Below are positions 15,909 to 30,485 of a stretch of DNA of 64,000 nt, piece by piece; positions within the stretch are counted from its first letter, which is position 1; every line of letters starts with the position of its first letter. The DNA comes from the human T2T-CHM13v2.0 reference genome, Homo sapiens. Both the position numbers and the translations under genes were made by a program. The notes under the pieces were generated by a model. It ran no database searches. It saw only the letters and a program-made list of their open reading frames with translations, and was not told where the DNA came from. The stretch lies in assembly GCF_009914755.1 (NCBI RefSeq), contig NC_060936.1; one strand, written 5' to 3'.

Positions 15909-17289
15909 GAAAATTTAAAATCTGTTCATCTTCCCATGTTCACTCTAACTCAATGGGAAGAGTGGTTAGTAGCACGGACCTTTTAAACAAGAGTATAAAC
16001 TATATGTGCATAGATTTGATAATGCAGTTGAAGTGAATACAATTCTAGAAAAAGTTAAAATTCTAAAGTTCCAGAAAAGAAACAAAAACCTTGAATATGC
16101 CAATAATCATTAAAGAAATTAAAACAGTAATTAAAGATACCCCCTAACTCCTACCAAAATAAAAAGTTGTAAAATGTTGGTACAGAAAGATTTGTTTAAA
16201 ACTTGGCTGTGTTGCTTATTAGCTGTGTGACCTTTAGCCAACAGAACTTATTTGAAATCTGTTTTCTCATCTGTAAAATGGGGACAACAAAACTTACGTT
16301 ACAGCTCCTAGGTATCAAATGAAATGACAAGCCTTGATAAACTCTAAGGTACTAGACACAAGTTACTGAAATTGTTTGAAAATTGCAAAAACATATTTAC
16401 TTAAATATAAGTATTTGTTGTACTTCTAACATGTGTCAGGCTCTGTAATTTGATATTTGGCGCTGAAGTTTAACTTTCCTGGACTAAATAGGAAATAAGC
16501 TAGAAAAGACAGCCCAGGAGATCTTTTTGACACATCATCCTCAACAACGAAAATCTAGTTGCAAGTAGTCACATATTAAAAGGCCTTGTTCAGTTGGGAT
16601 TGCAACTAACATATTTGTTTCAGACCTGAAACTCATTATCAGAGCATATACTGTCATCCTACTATATTTATCATCTTAGTGAACAACAATACAGAAATCT
16701 TATTCTTTGTCACTTATGAGTGATCTGTGTGATATTTTAATTAGAATACTTTCTTAGCTCCAAAATAATCTATTCTAAATCTTTAAATACATTTCTTACT
16801 TTAGAATAAATGCTGCAAGAATCATCTTTGTAGTACCCTGAAAAACTGATGGCAAATTTCAAAATATAGTATTAGAAATTACTGACTCACATGTAAAGAG
16901 TCTATGGTTTTCAAAACACTCTTTTAATATTTAATATTAAACATTATTTTAATATTTATAGCATTATCAGCATCCTGAGTAGCTTAGAACTTTTAAAAAA
17001 TAGTGTTAGAAGATGCTTTAGCAACATATAAATTATATATTTTTTCCTAGTAGCCTATGCATATAGAATAATTAGGGACATTTTCTGGGCCTTATCCTTT
17101 GTTTGCTCTATGTAAATCTTGATCTCATTGTCATCTTCCAATTATTCTGTAAAATACATTGGCAACTAATCTCTATCACAGGGGTGATGAGAGAAATGGA
17201 CTGCTATGGACTGTATGGGAATGTAAAGAACCTAAGTTCTTCCCAATGGATTTGCAATAATTATTGTAAAAATCTTTTGTCCCCTACAG

Positions 17290-17388
17290 TTCCCCACACT
17301 GCTTAATGGCCACATGCCAGTGCCAATCCCCAGTCTGGACAGAGCTGCTTCTCCAGTACTGCTTTCTTCAAACTCTCAGAAATCCTGA
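17290..17388 (+). CDS. ELK3: ELK3 terminal coding exon (exon 5)
   Basis: ttgtcccctacag|TTC; [32 protein letters not shown] then TGA, with a second in-frame TGA; joins exon 4 to form FQFP. Confidence 0.97.
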   Translation, partial: FPTLLNGHMPVPIPSLDRAASPVLLSSNSQKS

Positions 17389-18004
17389 TGACGTCTGGCC
17401 ACAATTAAGGACTCATTAACTGATGAAACAAATTTGTCCCCACGGGCTAGTTTACCTGTGTCGTGAGAAGGACATTGTGAAACTCTTGTTAATTTGGTTT
17501 GCACTTTTCATAACATGGATAGTCTAGATTTATGTTAGCATTTTAAAAACTGTTTTTGATATATTCAAGTATATATGAAAATCTGTTTGGCATTAAGTGA
17601 ATTTTAATGTTTTTGTTTTTATATCCTTTTAGCTCTTAAGTGTTGAACACTGTTGACAGTGAAGAACTTTTCTTAATGGTTTTCAGTATAACTAATAAGG
17701 ATGTGAAGCTTTTTTCTCTTTAGTTCTGAGTATGCTAAACTGTGTGCTTATATAGACTATAACCAGTTGTGCCTTCCTTCGCATTTAATGTAAATGAATG
17801 ATTTATATATTTTTTAGTATTAAGAGGAAATGTTTGAAAGATGAAAATTAGTATCAAACAGCTCTCTAGTAGAATTTCATTATTTTTCACCAGTGGGCAA
17901 TATGAAAGCATATATCACGTTTTGTTTTACTTTCAATTGTATAAGAATTGCCTTAGAACCTCTTTTGAACTGAAATTCAGTAAATGTCCAAGTAATGTTT
18001 TTAT

Positions 18005-18033
18005 AATAAACTAAGCCATATTTAGACAATAAA
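18005..18033 (+). terminator. ELK3 candidate proximal polyadenylation signals (two AATAAA)
   Basis: AATAAA at 18005-18010 and 18028-18033 after a U-rich stretch containing TGTA. Confidence 0.55.
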
Positions 18034-20002
18034 CATTGATAAAATGTTCTAAAGTACATTTTCAAAAGAATGGACCTTGAAAGGCTAGCCTCCTTAGCTG
18101 TTTACAGTATCTTATCTTTTAGATGTCTCCCAGACAAAAATCTGAGATGGAAAAGCTACATCAAGTTCATGCTATTCCAGGCCCAAGAATATCTCCTAGG
18201 TTAGCATATTCTTATTTCAAAAAATTAGCCCTGGTTTTCTCAGTTTTCCATAGGGAATCCCGACCATCTGATATATTTACTGTGTCAGTATAAGTAAGTT
18301 GGGGTTCCCCTGGAACTATAATTAACATTTAAAAAATCTAATGCTTTAGAAGAAGCTCACAGAGTGGTGATGAACCCAAACAACAAAGAAACCATTTTTA
18401 ACACTAGGTATCTTCATCAGTATAGGTAGGTGTTCACAATTTTTGATGGATCAAAAACTTGCTGTAATACAAATAGAGAGTGGAGGTACTAAAGGCCTTG
18501 CTTGTGGAAACTGAGAGAGGATACACTGCTTTATGTATTACTAAAGTTAGGGGAGAATGAAGGAAATCTGACAGATGAAAAATTCTACAGGAACCTCATC
18601 ATCGTGGAACTGAACTGATGATAACTTGGAACACTCCAGTAAATTCTGTTGTGTAATGTAATTTGGAGCAGTGATAATACAGACATATTTTCTGTTCCAT
18701 CAGAAAATCAGCAGGCACCAGTCCAAAGGTACCACACCTGTACATGAAGAAGGAAAGTTCTAATACAAGAAAACTGAAAAGCACCAAGCTTTAAATTCAA
18801 GATTAATTACAATCCTTAACTATAAGTGATGATAAAAACTAACTTGAAATGTGACTAAATAACTGATCCAAACTGGGCATTAAGTGGCAGGATTATGAGA
18901 AAGGATAAAAAAAGAGATTTGAGAAAACACATTTCTTGAATTTTCAGAAAAAAATCTAGACTATTGCTTTGACACTTAGAAATTCTGAGGTTTTTCAATT
19001 GGAATTGAGCATCTCTGTATGTGGGGATGTGGGCCCTTATCAAGGGATAAAAATCCAAACACTCTAACATGCCTCCTTGACTGTAAAGTAATGACACTGG
19101 TTCCAAAATTCACAAATAATAGACACTACTGTCCCCCCACCCCCACCCCATAGGCTAAGAATAATTCTGTACCAGAATAAAAGGAGCTGGTCCAGGGAAC
19201 TGATATTTACTGAACATACAAAGTTAGTGCTAGAAGGGGCCTTTGAGAATGCTTCCCGCCACCTGTTTCCAGCTCAAGACAGGTGCACAGCAGAAGCTGG
19301 GAGTTGCCTATGGCTGCACAGCTCACTGAAGGTAGAACAATGATTGGTGCTCAGTCCAATTCTGTCTCCCCCATGCCTAGCTGTTAAGTAATTACTGGTT
19401 CAAAACTACGTGTTATTAGTAAAACAAACAAAACAGATAAAGACAGCATTTAAAACTGTGTTGTCAGATAAGAGAACACATCCAAAATGCATGATTCTTA
19501 CAAACTAAAGGAAGTTAATGTGCAAAAATCTCAACCAAAACTACTATTTTTAGTATACTTGTTTACGTAAATGCTGATTGGAAATATTTAAATGACTATA
19601 GATCTGATTCTTTCTTTTCCTTTGGAAACTGGGATTAATGTATGCTCTAGATCCATTTATTAGAAATGCAAAAATACTACAATTTTTTGATGGATGAAAA
19701 TACTCCTGTAACACAAACAGAGAACTGGAGGAACTGAAGAATAACTCACTCATATAGCTCTGCCTCATTCTGTGTGTGTGTGCATGTGTGTGTTAGCAGA
19801 GGTATTTTACTCAGAAAATAGGTTTCAAAGAACATTAATGACTTTCTTTTCCCTTTTATGTCTGCTTAATCAGTGTTAAACTGCTATGGGAAAAGTTTTA
19901 TAGAACTATATAACCTGAATGTTGGTCTCTTTGTACACATCTTTTCTATGACTGCAAATCTTCACTTTATGTATCATTTTTACTGTCATATTATTTTTGT
20001 TC

Positions 20003-20008
20003 AATAAA
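20003..20008 (+). terminator. ELK3 distal polyadenylation signal
   Basis: AATAAA with U-rich/TGTA upstream and GT-rich (ggtgttt) downstream. Confidence 0.75.
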
Positions 20009-20677
20009 AACTTTGTGATAAAAGGTGTTTAGAGGTAACTGGATTGGCTTACTTCCATTTGCTTGGGGTGACCCAAACCACTTTTCCATATGGATACAAG
20101 TTGGAAAATGAGTCTTGTCACCTACCCTTAAAGACAGCACATCCAAAAAAAAAGTGCTTTACATACACATATTTTAAGAAATAAATGTAATTATTGAGGC
20201 TGACTTGTGGGAGAATGGAATGGATTGAAAAGCAGACCCCTGATCTTATTTAAGTTCTATCAACTGCTCTGTATTGAGGAGGAGGAGGAAGTGAGAAGGT
20301 AGGGGAAAATCAAATCTACCATTTATTCTTTTAGCCATTTTGTTGATTCAGGGGAATGTGAACTGCTAGGCTTGGTGATAAAGGTTATTATTTCTCTTGG
20401 TCTCAATACCAGGCTGACCTGGCTCTGGTTTTCATGGGTGATTCAAAGCAGTCTCCACTCAGGGTTTGATATAGGGAGACTGGTGTGAGGGGAGGGGAGG
20501 GGATGCAGGGAGAAAGCAGATTAATGCAGTCCCTAAACAACACATTCAGTATCACTAGCGTGCCAAAAGGCCACAGATAACTCACAGCTACATATAGTGT
20601 AACACAGGTGGCGGTAGGAAATCATTTGCTTCCTGAAGAAACATTTAAAGATCAACTATGTTCCAGGTGCCATTTTA

Positions 20678-21052
<375 letters not shown>

Positions 21053-21259
21053 GAATTCAAATCAGTTTTGTAAAATGCCCTTTTATGCTTAAATACCCAC
21101 AGGGATCTGCGCCGCCCCTTCGTGTTACCTGGGATTATATGACCCTGCCTAAAGGATTGGCACTGAAGAATACACTATGTTTAGTTACCCTCTCTCAGGT
21201 GAGTCAGATCTCTAAAACATGGTTTTATTTCATTGCTGGATGGCATAATTTCAGTTAAT

Positions 21260-21430
21260 GATAGCAACCATTTGTAAGGTTGCTGTCATGCCAGGCACTG
21301 TTCTAAGCATGTTACATGGATTACTTAATCTTCCTAATAAACCTATGATAGAAGTACTATTATATACCATTTTACAGATAAGGAAATTGAAGCCTAGAGT
21401 GATTAAGGAACTGGCTCAAGGTCACAGAAT
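21260..21430 (-). mobile_element. MIR
   Basis: ccattttacagataaggaaattgaagcctagagtgattaagg core. Confidence 0.75.
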
Positions 21431-21693
21431 TGGCCAGATTTCAAACAGCATTTTGATTGAGAGGCCATGGTCTTAATCTATAGGACTTCCAACGAATGTA
21501 AATTAGCAATTTACATCTTCACATAGAACAGTACCTGGTGCACATAAACCTTTCAGACATGTTTGCTATATCAGTGTTTCCTGGGAGGGCAGGCAAATTT
21601 TCTGTCATCAAGAAGCTGGCCCTACCTAGATTTCTCTAGTATTGACTTTATTCCTAGACCCACTCCCCAGTGGCGCGTGTGTACCTGCATATC

Positions 21694-21698
21694 TGTGT

Positions 21699-21732
<34 letters not shown>
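21694..21732. repeat. (TG)n microsatellite
   Basis: About 19 units with one interruption. Confidence 0.97.
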
Positions 21733-23448
21733 TGAGAACAGCTTGATCATAGGTTAGTTCTTAAGATTTTAAAGACTCACATGTTTTAGCCAGCTAGGAA
21801 GAAAGTTTCTATCACCAATTTTTGACAGCGACATTTGTCTTTGGTTGACTCAGAGAGGGGACGAATCCAAGTTGATATTACATAACTGACAAAAGATTTT
21901 TTAGAATTACTCAGAATTTCATCATGCATGTGTGCCTTAATTTGATCAGCAAATACTACTGTTCCCCTAAAATGTATCAGGTACTAGGATAAAGAAGTGA
22001 GCAAAATGCAATCCTCTCCTTCATGGAGCTTGTGGATTAGTGAGAAGAAATGACGTGTGATTAAGTGTTGTTGCAGAGTGAAGTATAAGGATGCTATTGG
22101 GAAGGAAGGCAGTTAAGCAGCAGAGCACATAACCCAGTCTGTGGTAGGGTAGGTGGGGCAGAGAAGGCTTTCTGGAAGAAAAAATTACATTGAGAATGAG
22201 TAAGGGTAACAAAGAGAAGAGGCATAGATGAACAAGCAGAGGAAAGGGGATGTTTCACAATGAGGTGAGGTGTGAGGAACTCAAAAGATCAATATGGCTG
22301 GATTTACCCTCACAGAGAACAAAGCCTATCTCATCATCATATGGGATAGTAATGTAGATACCAGTAGCAACAGAGTCGAAATTGAAAAGGGAGGAAGGAG
22401 GAACGCTTCTAGATCCCTGAGGAGTAATGACACAGTGATTAGCTACGATTCTGTGGAAGAGCAAGATGGCAGGATGGGGCCCTCAAAAATAAACTTTTTC
22501 AGTGTTTCTGGAATAACAGTCCATCATCATCATCCAGAGATGAGCTACACAGCCTGTAACAGCACCACGTCACCCATTCATCACTTGACAACCTCAGCTG
22601 CATACATACATGAGGAAGAAAATAACAAGATAAAGATGATCCTTAAGACTATTTTGACTGTTAGAATGTGGAACTATTGTCAATATAGCTGGAGAAACGG
22701 CTGGAGAGTGGCACTGTTTCAACTAGCACTGTTCTAGGAAAGACTCAAAAGAGTCCCAAGGGAGTCTTGCGTTAAGTCCCAAGTCTATTCACTAAAATTC
22801 CATAGGTCAATCAGAGCCCAGTGGAGCCATCCTTTGGTAAACATACAAGACTGTTGGCAGACGCTAAGTTTCCCTTACCCTCTGAAAGGTGCTGCATATT
22901 ATCCAGAGGGTCACCAGCTACATCTTCACATCTTTATGATCCAGCCCAGGTATCTCTGCATCACTACTGCAGCAGCGTTAAGGTGGGAGAGAGTAGCAAG
23001 AACAGCCATCAGGATTCCTATTCCAGCTTCAGTCTTTCTCTCCCTGTCCCCCTCTCACAGATGCACACCTGCACATCTAGCCCCCACACCCACTCTACTC
23101 AACAGAGGTTTAGTTTACAGTCTTTGAAATGGTAATCTTTGAAAAATGGGTTTTCAAATTAGTGGAATTTTCCCACTTCTCTTAGGGGGAACCCACCAAT
23201 GAAAAATCCTCCCCATCATCACAGATTGAAATTTTATATTCTCCTCTAATCAAAGTAGCTTTATAATCAGTGGCTTGGTCACCTTCTTTCTGTTTGAGTC
23301 TAACAGAAAATTGGTAACTTCAGTGGTTTTCTGGGTCAGTGATGGAAACTGATTATTGTAATAACTTCAGCCGGGAATGATGACAGCTCAGGGAAACTCC
23401 TATCTGACTAAGCCCAGAATCTGAATTTAAGATTAGAAAATAGTTTCA

Positions 23449-23745
<297 letters not shown>

Positions 23746-26704
23746 TTAAATAGTTTCAGCTTTACACTGAGCAAGAGGGGAAAATGTTGTACCTTTCTCT
23801 TGGGTCTAAAGTAATGCATTAAAAACTTTGGAAATTTCAAGTTTGGAACATAGAAAAGTATGCAAATTCTTCAGCAGCCTTGCTTGAGGGCTTGTGTTAA
23901 CACTTAAAATTCTGATATGGATGAATTTGTCAATCAGAAAGAATCAATGTAAGAATCTAGAATATTTAAAAAATAAAACCACTGACATTATAAATAATAA
24001 ACTCGAAGGGATTACATTTGGGGATAAATATTTTAAAATGATAGGAACTGAAAATAACTAAAAATATACAGGCAAAGAAAGAAGAAAATAAAAATGGTAC
24101 ATTACCAAAAAAAAAAAAATCAAATACAAGGCAGTATGTAGAAACTGAAGAACAAAAAGCACATAAGACATACAGAAAACAGCTAAATGGCAGAAGTCCT
24201 TCCTTATCAGTAATTATTTTAAATGTAAATGTTGTAAAGTCTCCAATTAATGGGCAGAGATGGGCAGGATGGATTTAAAAAATGATCCATCAATATGCTA
24301 TCTACAAGAGACTCACTTTAAAAACACAGACACTGTATTTTTACTTTGAAGAGGCTGAAAATAAAAGAATGGAAAAAATATTCCATACAAATAGTAACCA
24401 AAAGAGGTATGGGGTGGCCATATTTTTGTCAGATAAAATAGACTAAAGTATCAAAAAAAAGTTACAGGAGACAAAGGACATTATATATTGCTAAAAGGTT
24501 CAATCCACCAAGAAGATAGGTAACAATTATAAACACATATGCAGCCAGTAACAGGGCCCCCAAATATATGAAGCATGCACTCACAGAACTGAAAGGAGAA
24601 ATATGACAATCCTGCAATAACAGTTGGAGATGTCAATGCTCCCACTTCAATAATGTACAAAAGAGTCAGATCAGTAAAGAAAGAGAGGAACTGAACACTG
24701 TGAACCAATTAGACCTAACAGACACATACCAAACACTCTACCCAACAATATTTTTCATAGAATGACACATACTTTCTCAAGCATACATGAAGCATTCTCC
24801 AGAACAGACCATATGTTAGGCCACAAAACAACTCTTAATACATTTTTAAAAACTGAAATCATACAAACTATCTTCTCTAACCACAATGGAATGAAACTAG
24901 AAATCAATAACAGAAATAAAAAGGATTATAAGAGACTACTATGAAAAAGTTTATGTCAGCAAACTGGTTATAAGAGATTAAATGGACAAATTCCTAGAAA
25001 CACACAAACTACCAAAACTAACAAGAAATAAAAACTCTGAATAAAATTATATATAACAAAGAGACTGTATCATTAATCAAAACCTCTGAACAAAGAAAAG
25101 CCAGGACCAGGTCACCTCACTGCTGAATTCTACCAAATATTTAAGGAAGAATTAACACCAATCCTCAAACTATTCCAAAAAACTGAAGAGGAGAGAACAC
25201 TTCCTAACTCATTCTATTAAGCCAGCATTACCCTGATACCAAATCCAGACAAAAACACTATAAGAAAAGTAACTACAGGCCAAATACCTTATGAATATAG
25301 GCAAAAATACTAAAAAAAATTTAGCAAACTAAATTCAGCAGCCTATTAGAATTACATACCATAACCAAGTAGGATTTATCCAAGGAATGCGAGAGTGGTT
25401 TCACATATGAAAATCAATGTAATACACATCAAAAAAATATAGAAAACAATATGATCATCTTAATTGATGGAGAAAAAGCATTTGAAGAAAATCCAATATT
25501 CTCAAGATAAAAATACTCAATAAACTAGGGATAGAAGGGAACTTCTTTAACACGTTAAAGACCATACATAGAAAGACACAGCTAATAGCATACTCAATGG
25601 TGAGAGACTGAAAGCTTTGTCCCTAAGATCAAAACAAGACAAGGATATGTTCCTTCATCACTTCAACATAGTACTGGAAGTCCTAGACAGAGCAATTAGG
25701 CAAGAGAAAGAAATAAACAGCATCCAAATTATAAAGGAGGAAGTAAAACTATCATTCCTTGCAGGTAACAAGATCATATGTATAGAAAACCCTAAAGACT
25801 CTACAGAAACCCTGTTAGTGCTAATAATCAAATTTAGCAAAGCTGCAGGATACAAAAGGAACACACAAAAATTACTTGTATTTCTATACACTAGCAATGA
25901 AAAAATCCAAAAAGAAATTAAGAAAACAACTCCATCTACAATAACATCAATAAGAATAAGATGCTTAGGAATAAATTTAAGAAGGCAAAAGACTTGTATG
26001 CTGAAAACTACAAAATGTTGCTGAAATTATAGATGACCTAACTAAATGGAAAGACATCTTGTGTTCATGGACTGGAAGATTTAATATTATTAAAATTGTA
26101 ATACTACCCAAAGTGATCTATAGATTCTAATTTAATGCAAACCCTATCATAATTCCAATGGTGTTTTGTTGTTGTTGCAGAAATAGAAAATCCCATCTTA
26201 AAATTCATATTGAATTTCAAGAGACTCTGAATAGCTACAACAATCTTGAGAAAGAGAACAAAGTTGGAAGACTCACATTTTCTGATTTAAAACGTTCTAA
26301 AGACAGTAATCAAAACATTGTGCTACAAACCCTTATGGACAGACATATAGACTAATGGAACAGACCTGACAGCCCAGAAATAAACCTCACATCTATGGTC
26401 AACTGATTTCTGAGAAGGGCACCAAGACCACTTAATGGGGAAAGGACAGTCTTTTCAACAAATGGTGCTGGAAAAAAAATTGATATTCATATGCAAAATA
26501 AAGTCGGACCCTTACTTTGTATCACACATAAAAATTTAAATGGATCAAAGCTCTAAATCTGACAGCTAAAAATATAATAAACTCTTAAAGGAAAATATAA
26601 GAGCAAATATTTATGACCTTTGAAACGTGACAATACTTTCTTAAATCACCAAAAGCACAGGCAACAAACGAGATAAAATAGATGTCGTTAAATTAAAAAC
26701 TTTT

Positions 26705-27136
<432 letters not shown>

Positions 27137-27986
27137 TTAAACTCGATGACAAAAAGACAAGCAACCCTATTTTTAAAATGGACAAAGTACTTGAATAAAC
27201 CTTTGGATAAAGGTTTATCCAAAGCAAATAAACAAATAGCCAAAAAAGTATGAAAAGATGTTCCACATCACTAAGCATTAGGTAAATGCAAATAAAAACT
27301 ACAATGAAATACCACTTCAACTTATTAGAATAAATGTAATAAAAAGGAGGAAAAAAAGAATTAGCAAGGATGAGGAGAAACTGGAACTCTCATGCATTAC
27401 TACTGCAAATATCAAATAGTACAGCCACTGTGGAAAACATTTTGGCAGTTCCTCAAACAGTCAAACACAGAATTATATGACCCAGCAATTCCACTCCTAG
27501 GTGTATGTATTCCCCAAATAATTAAAAACAAGGACTCAAACAGATGCTTATACCCCAATGTTCACACAGCATTATTCACAAAAGCCAAAAGATGGGATAT
27601 CCTAGTGTCCATCAACAGATAAATCGATAAACAAAATGTGTATAATCATAATAGAATATTATTCAGTCATGATAAGAAATGAAGTTCTGATACATGCTAA
27701 ACATGGATGAACTGTGAACATTATGCTGAATGAAATAAGCCAGACCCAAAACGACAAATATGGTATGACTCCACTTATTTGAAATACCTAGAATGGGCAA
27801 ATTCACAGAGACAGAAAGTAGATTAGCGGTTACCAGGGGCTGCGGGGAAGGGTAAAATGGTTCAGAGTTTCTGTTTGGAGTAATGAAACATTTTAGAAGT
27901 AGATAGTGGTAACTGTTATACAACTTTGTGGCTATAATTATGCCACTGAACTGTACACATACAAATAATTACAATGCCAAATTTTA

Positions 27987-27988
<2 letters not shown>

Positions 27989-28034
<46 letters not shown>
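27989..28034. repeat. (AT)n microsatellite, about 23 units
   Basis: Perfect alternating AT at the L1 3' end. Confidence 0.97.
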
Positions 28035-28037
<3 letters not shown>

Positions 28038-28459
28038 AACACAATTTTTAAAAGATAAAAAGAACCTACATAAATTGTCCCGAGTCCAAAAGATAGATTA
28101 TAACATGTTAACAAATAGCCTTTCAAATGAAAGTTGATAAAGCCTCAGACAGAATGCAGCCACTCTATACACCTAGAATGACACATCCAATGTGTGTTCA
28201 CAGTACCACTTGGAAAGAAAATATAAAAGGCATCTTCTCTTACCTTTAAGAATCTTACCAGTTTAAGAGGAATCACAGGTATTCAAAGTTCCAAGTTTCG
28301 GAGTTTCAATTCCCTTCACTGCAGTGTTTTCAGGATCTGAATGGTGCTCGAGTATCAAAAATAAAACAAAAAAACAAACACTTGTTTGCTTGTCAAATTC
28401 CTTAATAAAATGAAGAAATACCCCTAGGAATTCCTAGGAAGAAACACTTTATGTAACAA

Positions 28460-30447
28460 ATGGATATATATTTTCATCTTTTATACGCAAGAATTAAGCC
28501 TATGAAAAGCTATAATGTCAAATTTGCAACAAATCAAATATACATTCTATGAAGTGACAAATTTGATACTTTATAATTGAGAGTGCTATAAAAAAAACCC
28601 AGCAGAAATTACTAAGCAAATGATTGGCACAAACAGAAAACAATAACACCTCTAGCACAGTGAGACTTCATTATCTTAAGAACGACCCATAAAAGAAAAG
28701 GACCCCACTCGGCACAGCCTTCATCCCCAAGAAAGAACTGTGACTCAATAAAACCACATTTTAACAACATGGAGATTTTGTTATTATAAATTTCAAAACA
28801 AAATGAAGGAATTTCCACATATTTATAACCTTCAAAGTACAATATTAATACATGTCTGTCAGTTAGAAAGAACAGCAGTTTGTTAGGCTACAAGGTTTAA
28901 CATAAAACCAATTTACAAATGTGAAAAGCAGTAGTGGTCCAATATTCACCATTACACATGAATCTGTTTCTTCCAGAATTTTTTAAAATTAAAATTTTAG
29001 TATCGTGAAATATTAAAATAACACCCCAAACATGCCACAATCACTATTCACAAATAAAGTTAAAATGAAATATACAAAAATCCACTTAATACTGTTAAAT
29101 AACAACAATAAACTACAAGATTTCCTGAACAGAAATGGTAGGACCCCTGAATGTTTTACAGTGAATTTCACGAAAAGAAATTAAGTTATGACTATTTTCA
29201 TGATATATAAGGCAAAAATTTACACGACCATTTCAAAATATACCAATTAAGATTTATAGTTTGTAAGATGCACTAAACAAATAGTCCTTAAAAGTGAACA
29301 AAAATGCTTAAAATACTGTTACCAACACCAAAGTGTGTTTATGATGTTCAAAGAGATGCATAATTAAAACTAATATTTAGTATCTCTGGTAAACAGATAA
29401 TACCCACAATAATTTCAAGCAATCCTGTAAGTTCTCATTTCTCTTGTTTGTAATTTATCATGGCTCATTTCAAAGACATATTACAGCTTTCAGCTGATTC
29501 CAAGTGAATGTTATTGAAACACATAGCCCCCAAATGAAAGAAACTATTCCCCAATGAAATATCATCCTTTCTAATAAAATAAATGTATTTAAAACAAACA
29601 AAGCAAGACCTTTCGCGTTTGAACAGACTTCTACGGTTAAGTTTTAACTAAATTTAAAACACAATGTAAAATAGGTAAGTGTATTAGTATACAAATATCC
29701 AGTAATATGCAGTAGACGTTTCTAAAGTGAGGAACACATAAAAAATAAATAATTTTGGAGCTTTAATTTGTTGGTGTCTAATGTGAGATCCTCAAAATGT
29801 CAGGGATTCACTTGCTTGAATCAACTTCTGCATCACATGCTTATCTAAACGTAATGTGCTTGTCAATCTCTTAGCTACTCTATTTGCCAATGTTCATTAA
29901 GAAATTATATAGTATAAACTTAAAGTGTTCAAGATGGCTCACTTATTTTACTATTAAGCAAAGCTAAATTTACATTCCAGGAAACACTGCAGTTTAATTT
30001 TAAAAACAAAAAATGCAGCAGTAAAACAATTCGTGAGGAGAAACAGATGCATTCACATATAATAAAGCCACTGCAACTTCTTCAGGCATTCAATTGTTGT
30101 GTTAAATAAACAGACAGTAGTTATTTAGCAGCAATGATTCCGCAATAAATAATGCACTGTGTTTCTCAGTCCTGCACAAAAATTGCAGCTATAGTTACAT
30201 CAATAGCTGTAACCTACTGGCTCTAATGGCAGAGAAGACCTTAAAACCGACTGTACAAAAAATTGTCACACTGTGACAACAAATATAAAAACAATCTGTA
30301 GGTCTGAAATAAAAAGACTCCACTGTGAAGAGGACAGTGTAGACAAACGGAGATTCCAAGTCCACCAAAAGAAATAATTGCCTTCAGTTCTGAGTCCTTG
30401 ATTGGTAAGAAAGGCTGGGGGCTGGGCTTGAAACCATGTTATCAGAC
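28460..30447 (-). other. CDK17: CDK17 3'UTR (3' end approximate)
   Basis: AU-rich sequence with no recognisable repeats after the stop; candidate variant signal TATAAA at 28480-28485 (-). Confidence 0.7.
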
Positions 30448-30485
30448 TTAAAAGAGCATGCTCTGTCTTCTGTTCTTCCCATGTC
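30448..30485 (-). CDS. CDK17: CDK17 exon 17 coding part
   Basis: tttag|GA CAT GGG...; (G)HGKNRRQSMLF then TAA. Confidence 0.96.

Larger units (their letters stand above)
17389..20025 (+). other. ELK3: ELK3 3'UTR (long form; end approximate)
   Basis: AU-rich, Alu-free sequence after the stop; AATAAA at 18005, 18028 and 20003. Confidence 0.8.

Noticed and set aside
17386-17391. Possible stop-codon read-through at ELK3 TGA
   Set aside because: Immediately followed by a second in-frame TGA; not a TGA-CTAG context
21105-21122. GC-rich patch as a CTCF insulator between the convergent genes
   Set aside because: Several mismatches to the CTCF core; not supportable by eye
22294-22737. 147-aa intergenic ORF with ATG start
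   Set aside because: No recognisable domain, its 5' end follows L2-like purine-rich sequence, and no splice or promoter support; needs PhyloCSF or Ribo-seq to reconsider
23376-23424. ATGATGA...CTGA resembling C/D box snoRNA motifs
   Set aside because: Too short (about 50 nt), intergenic, no convincing terminal stem
25617-26024. 135-aa reverse-transcriptase-like ORF
   Set aside because: Decayed L1 ORF2 fragment; the catalytic FADD motif has degenerated to LAGN
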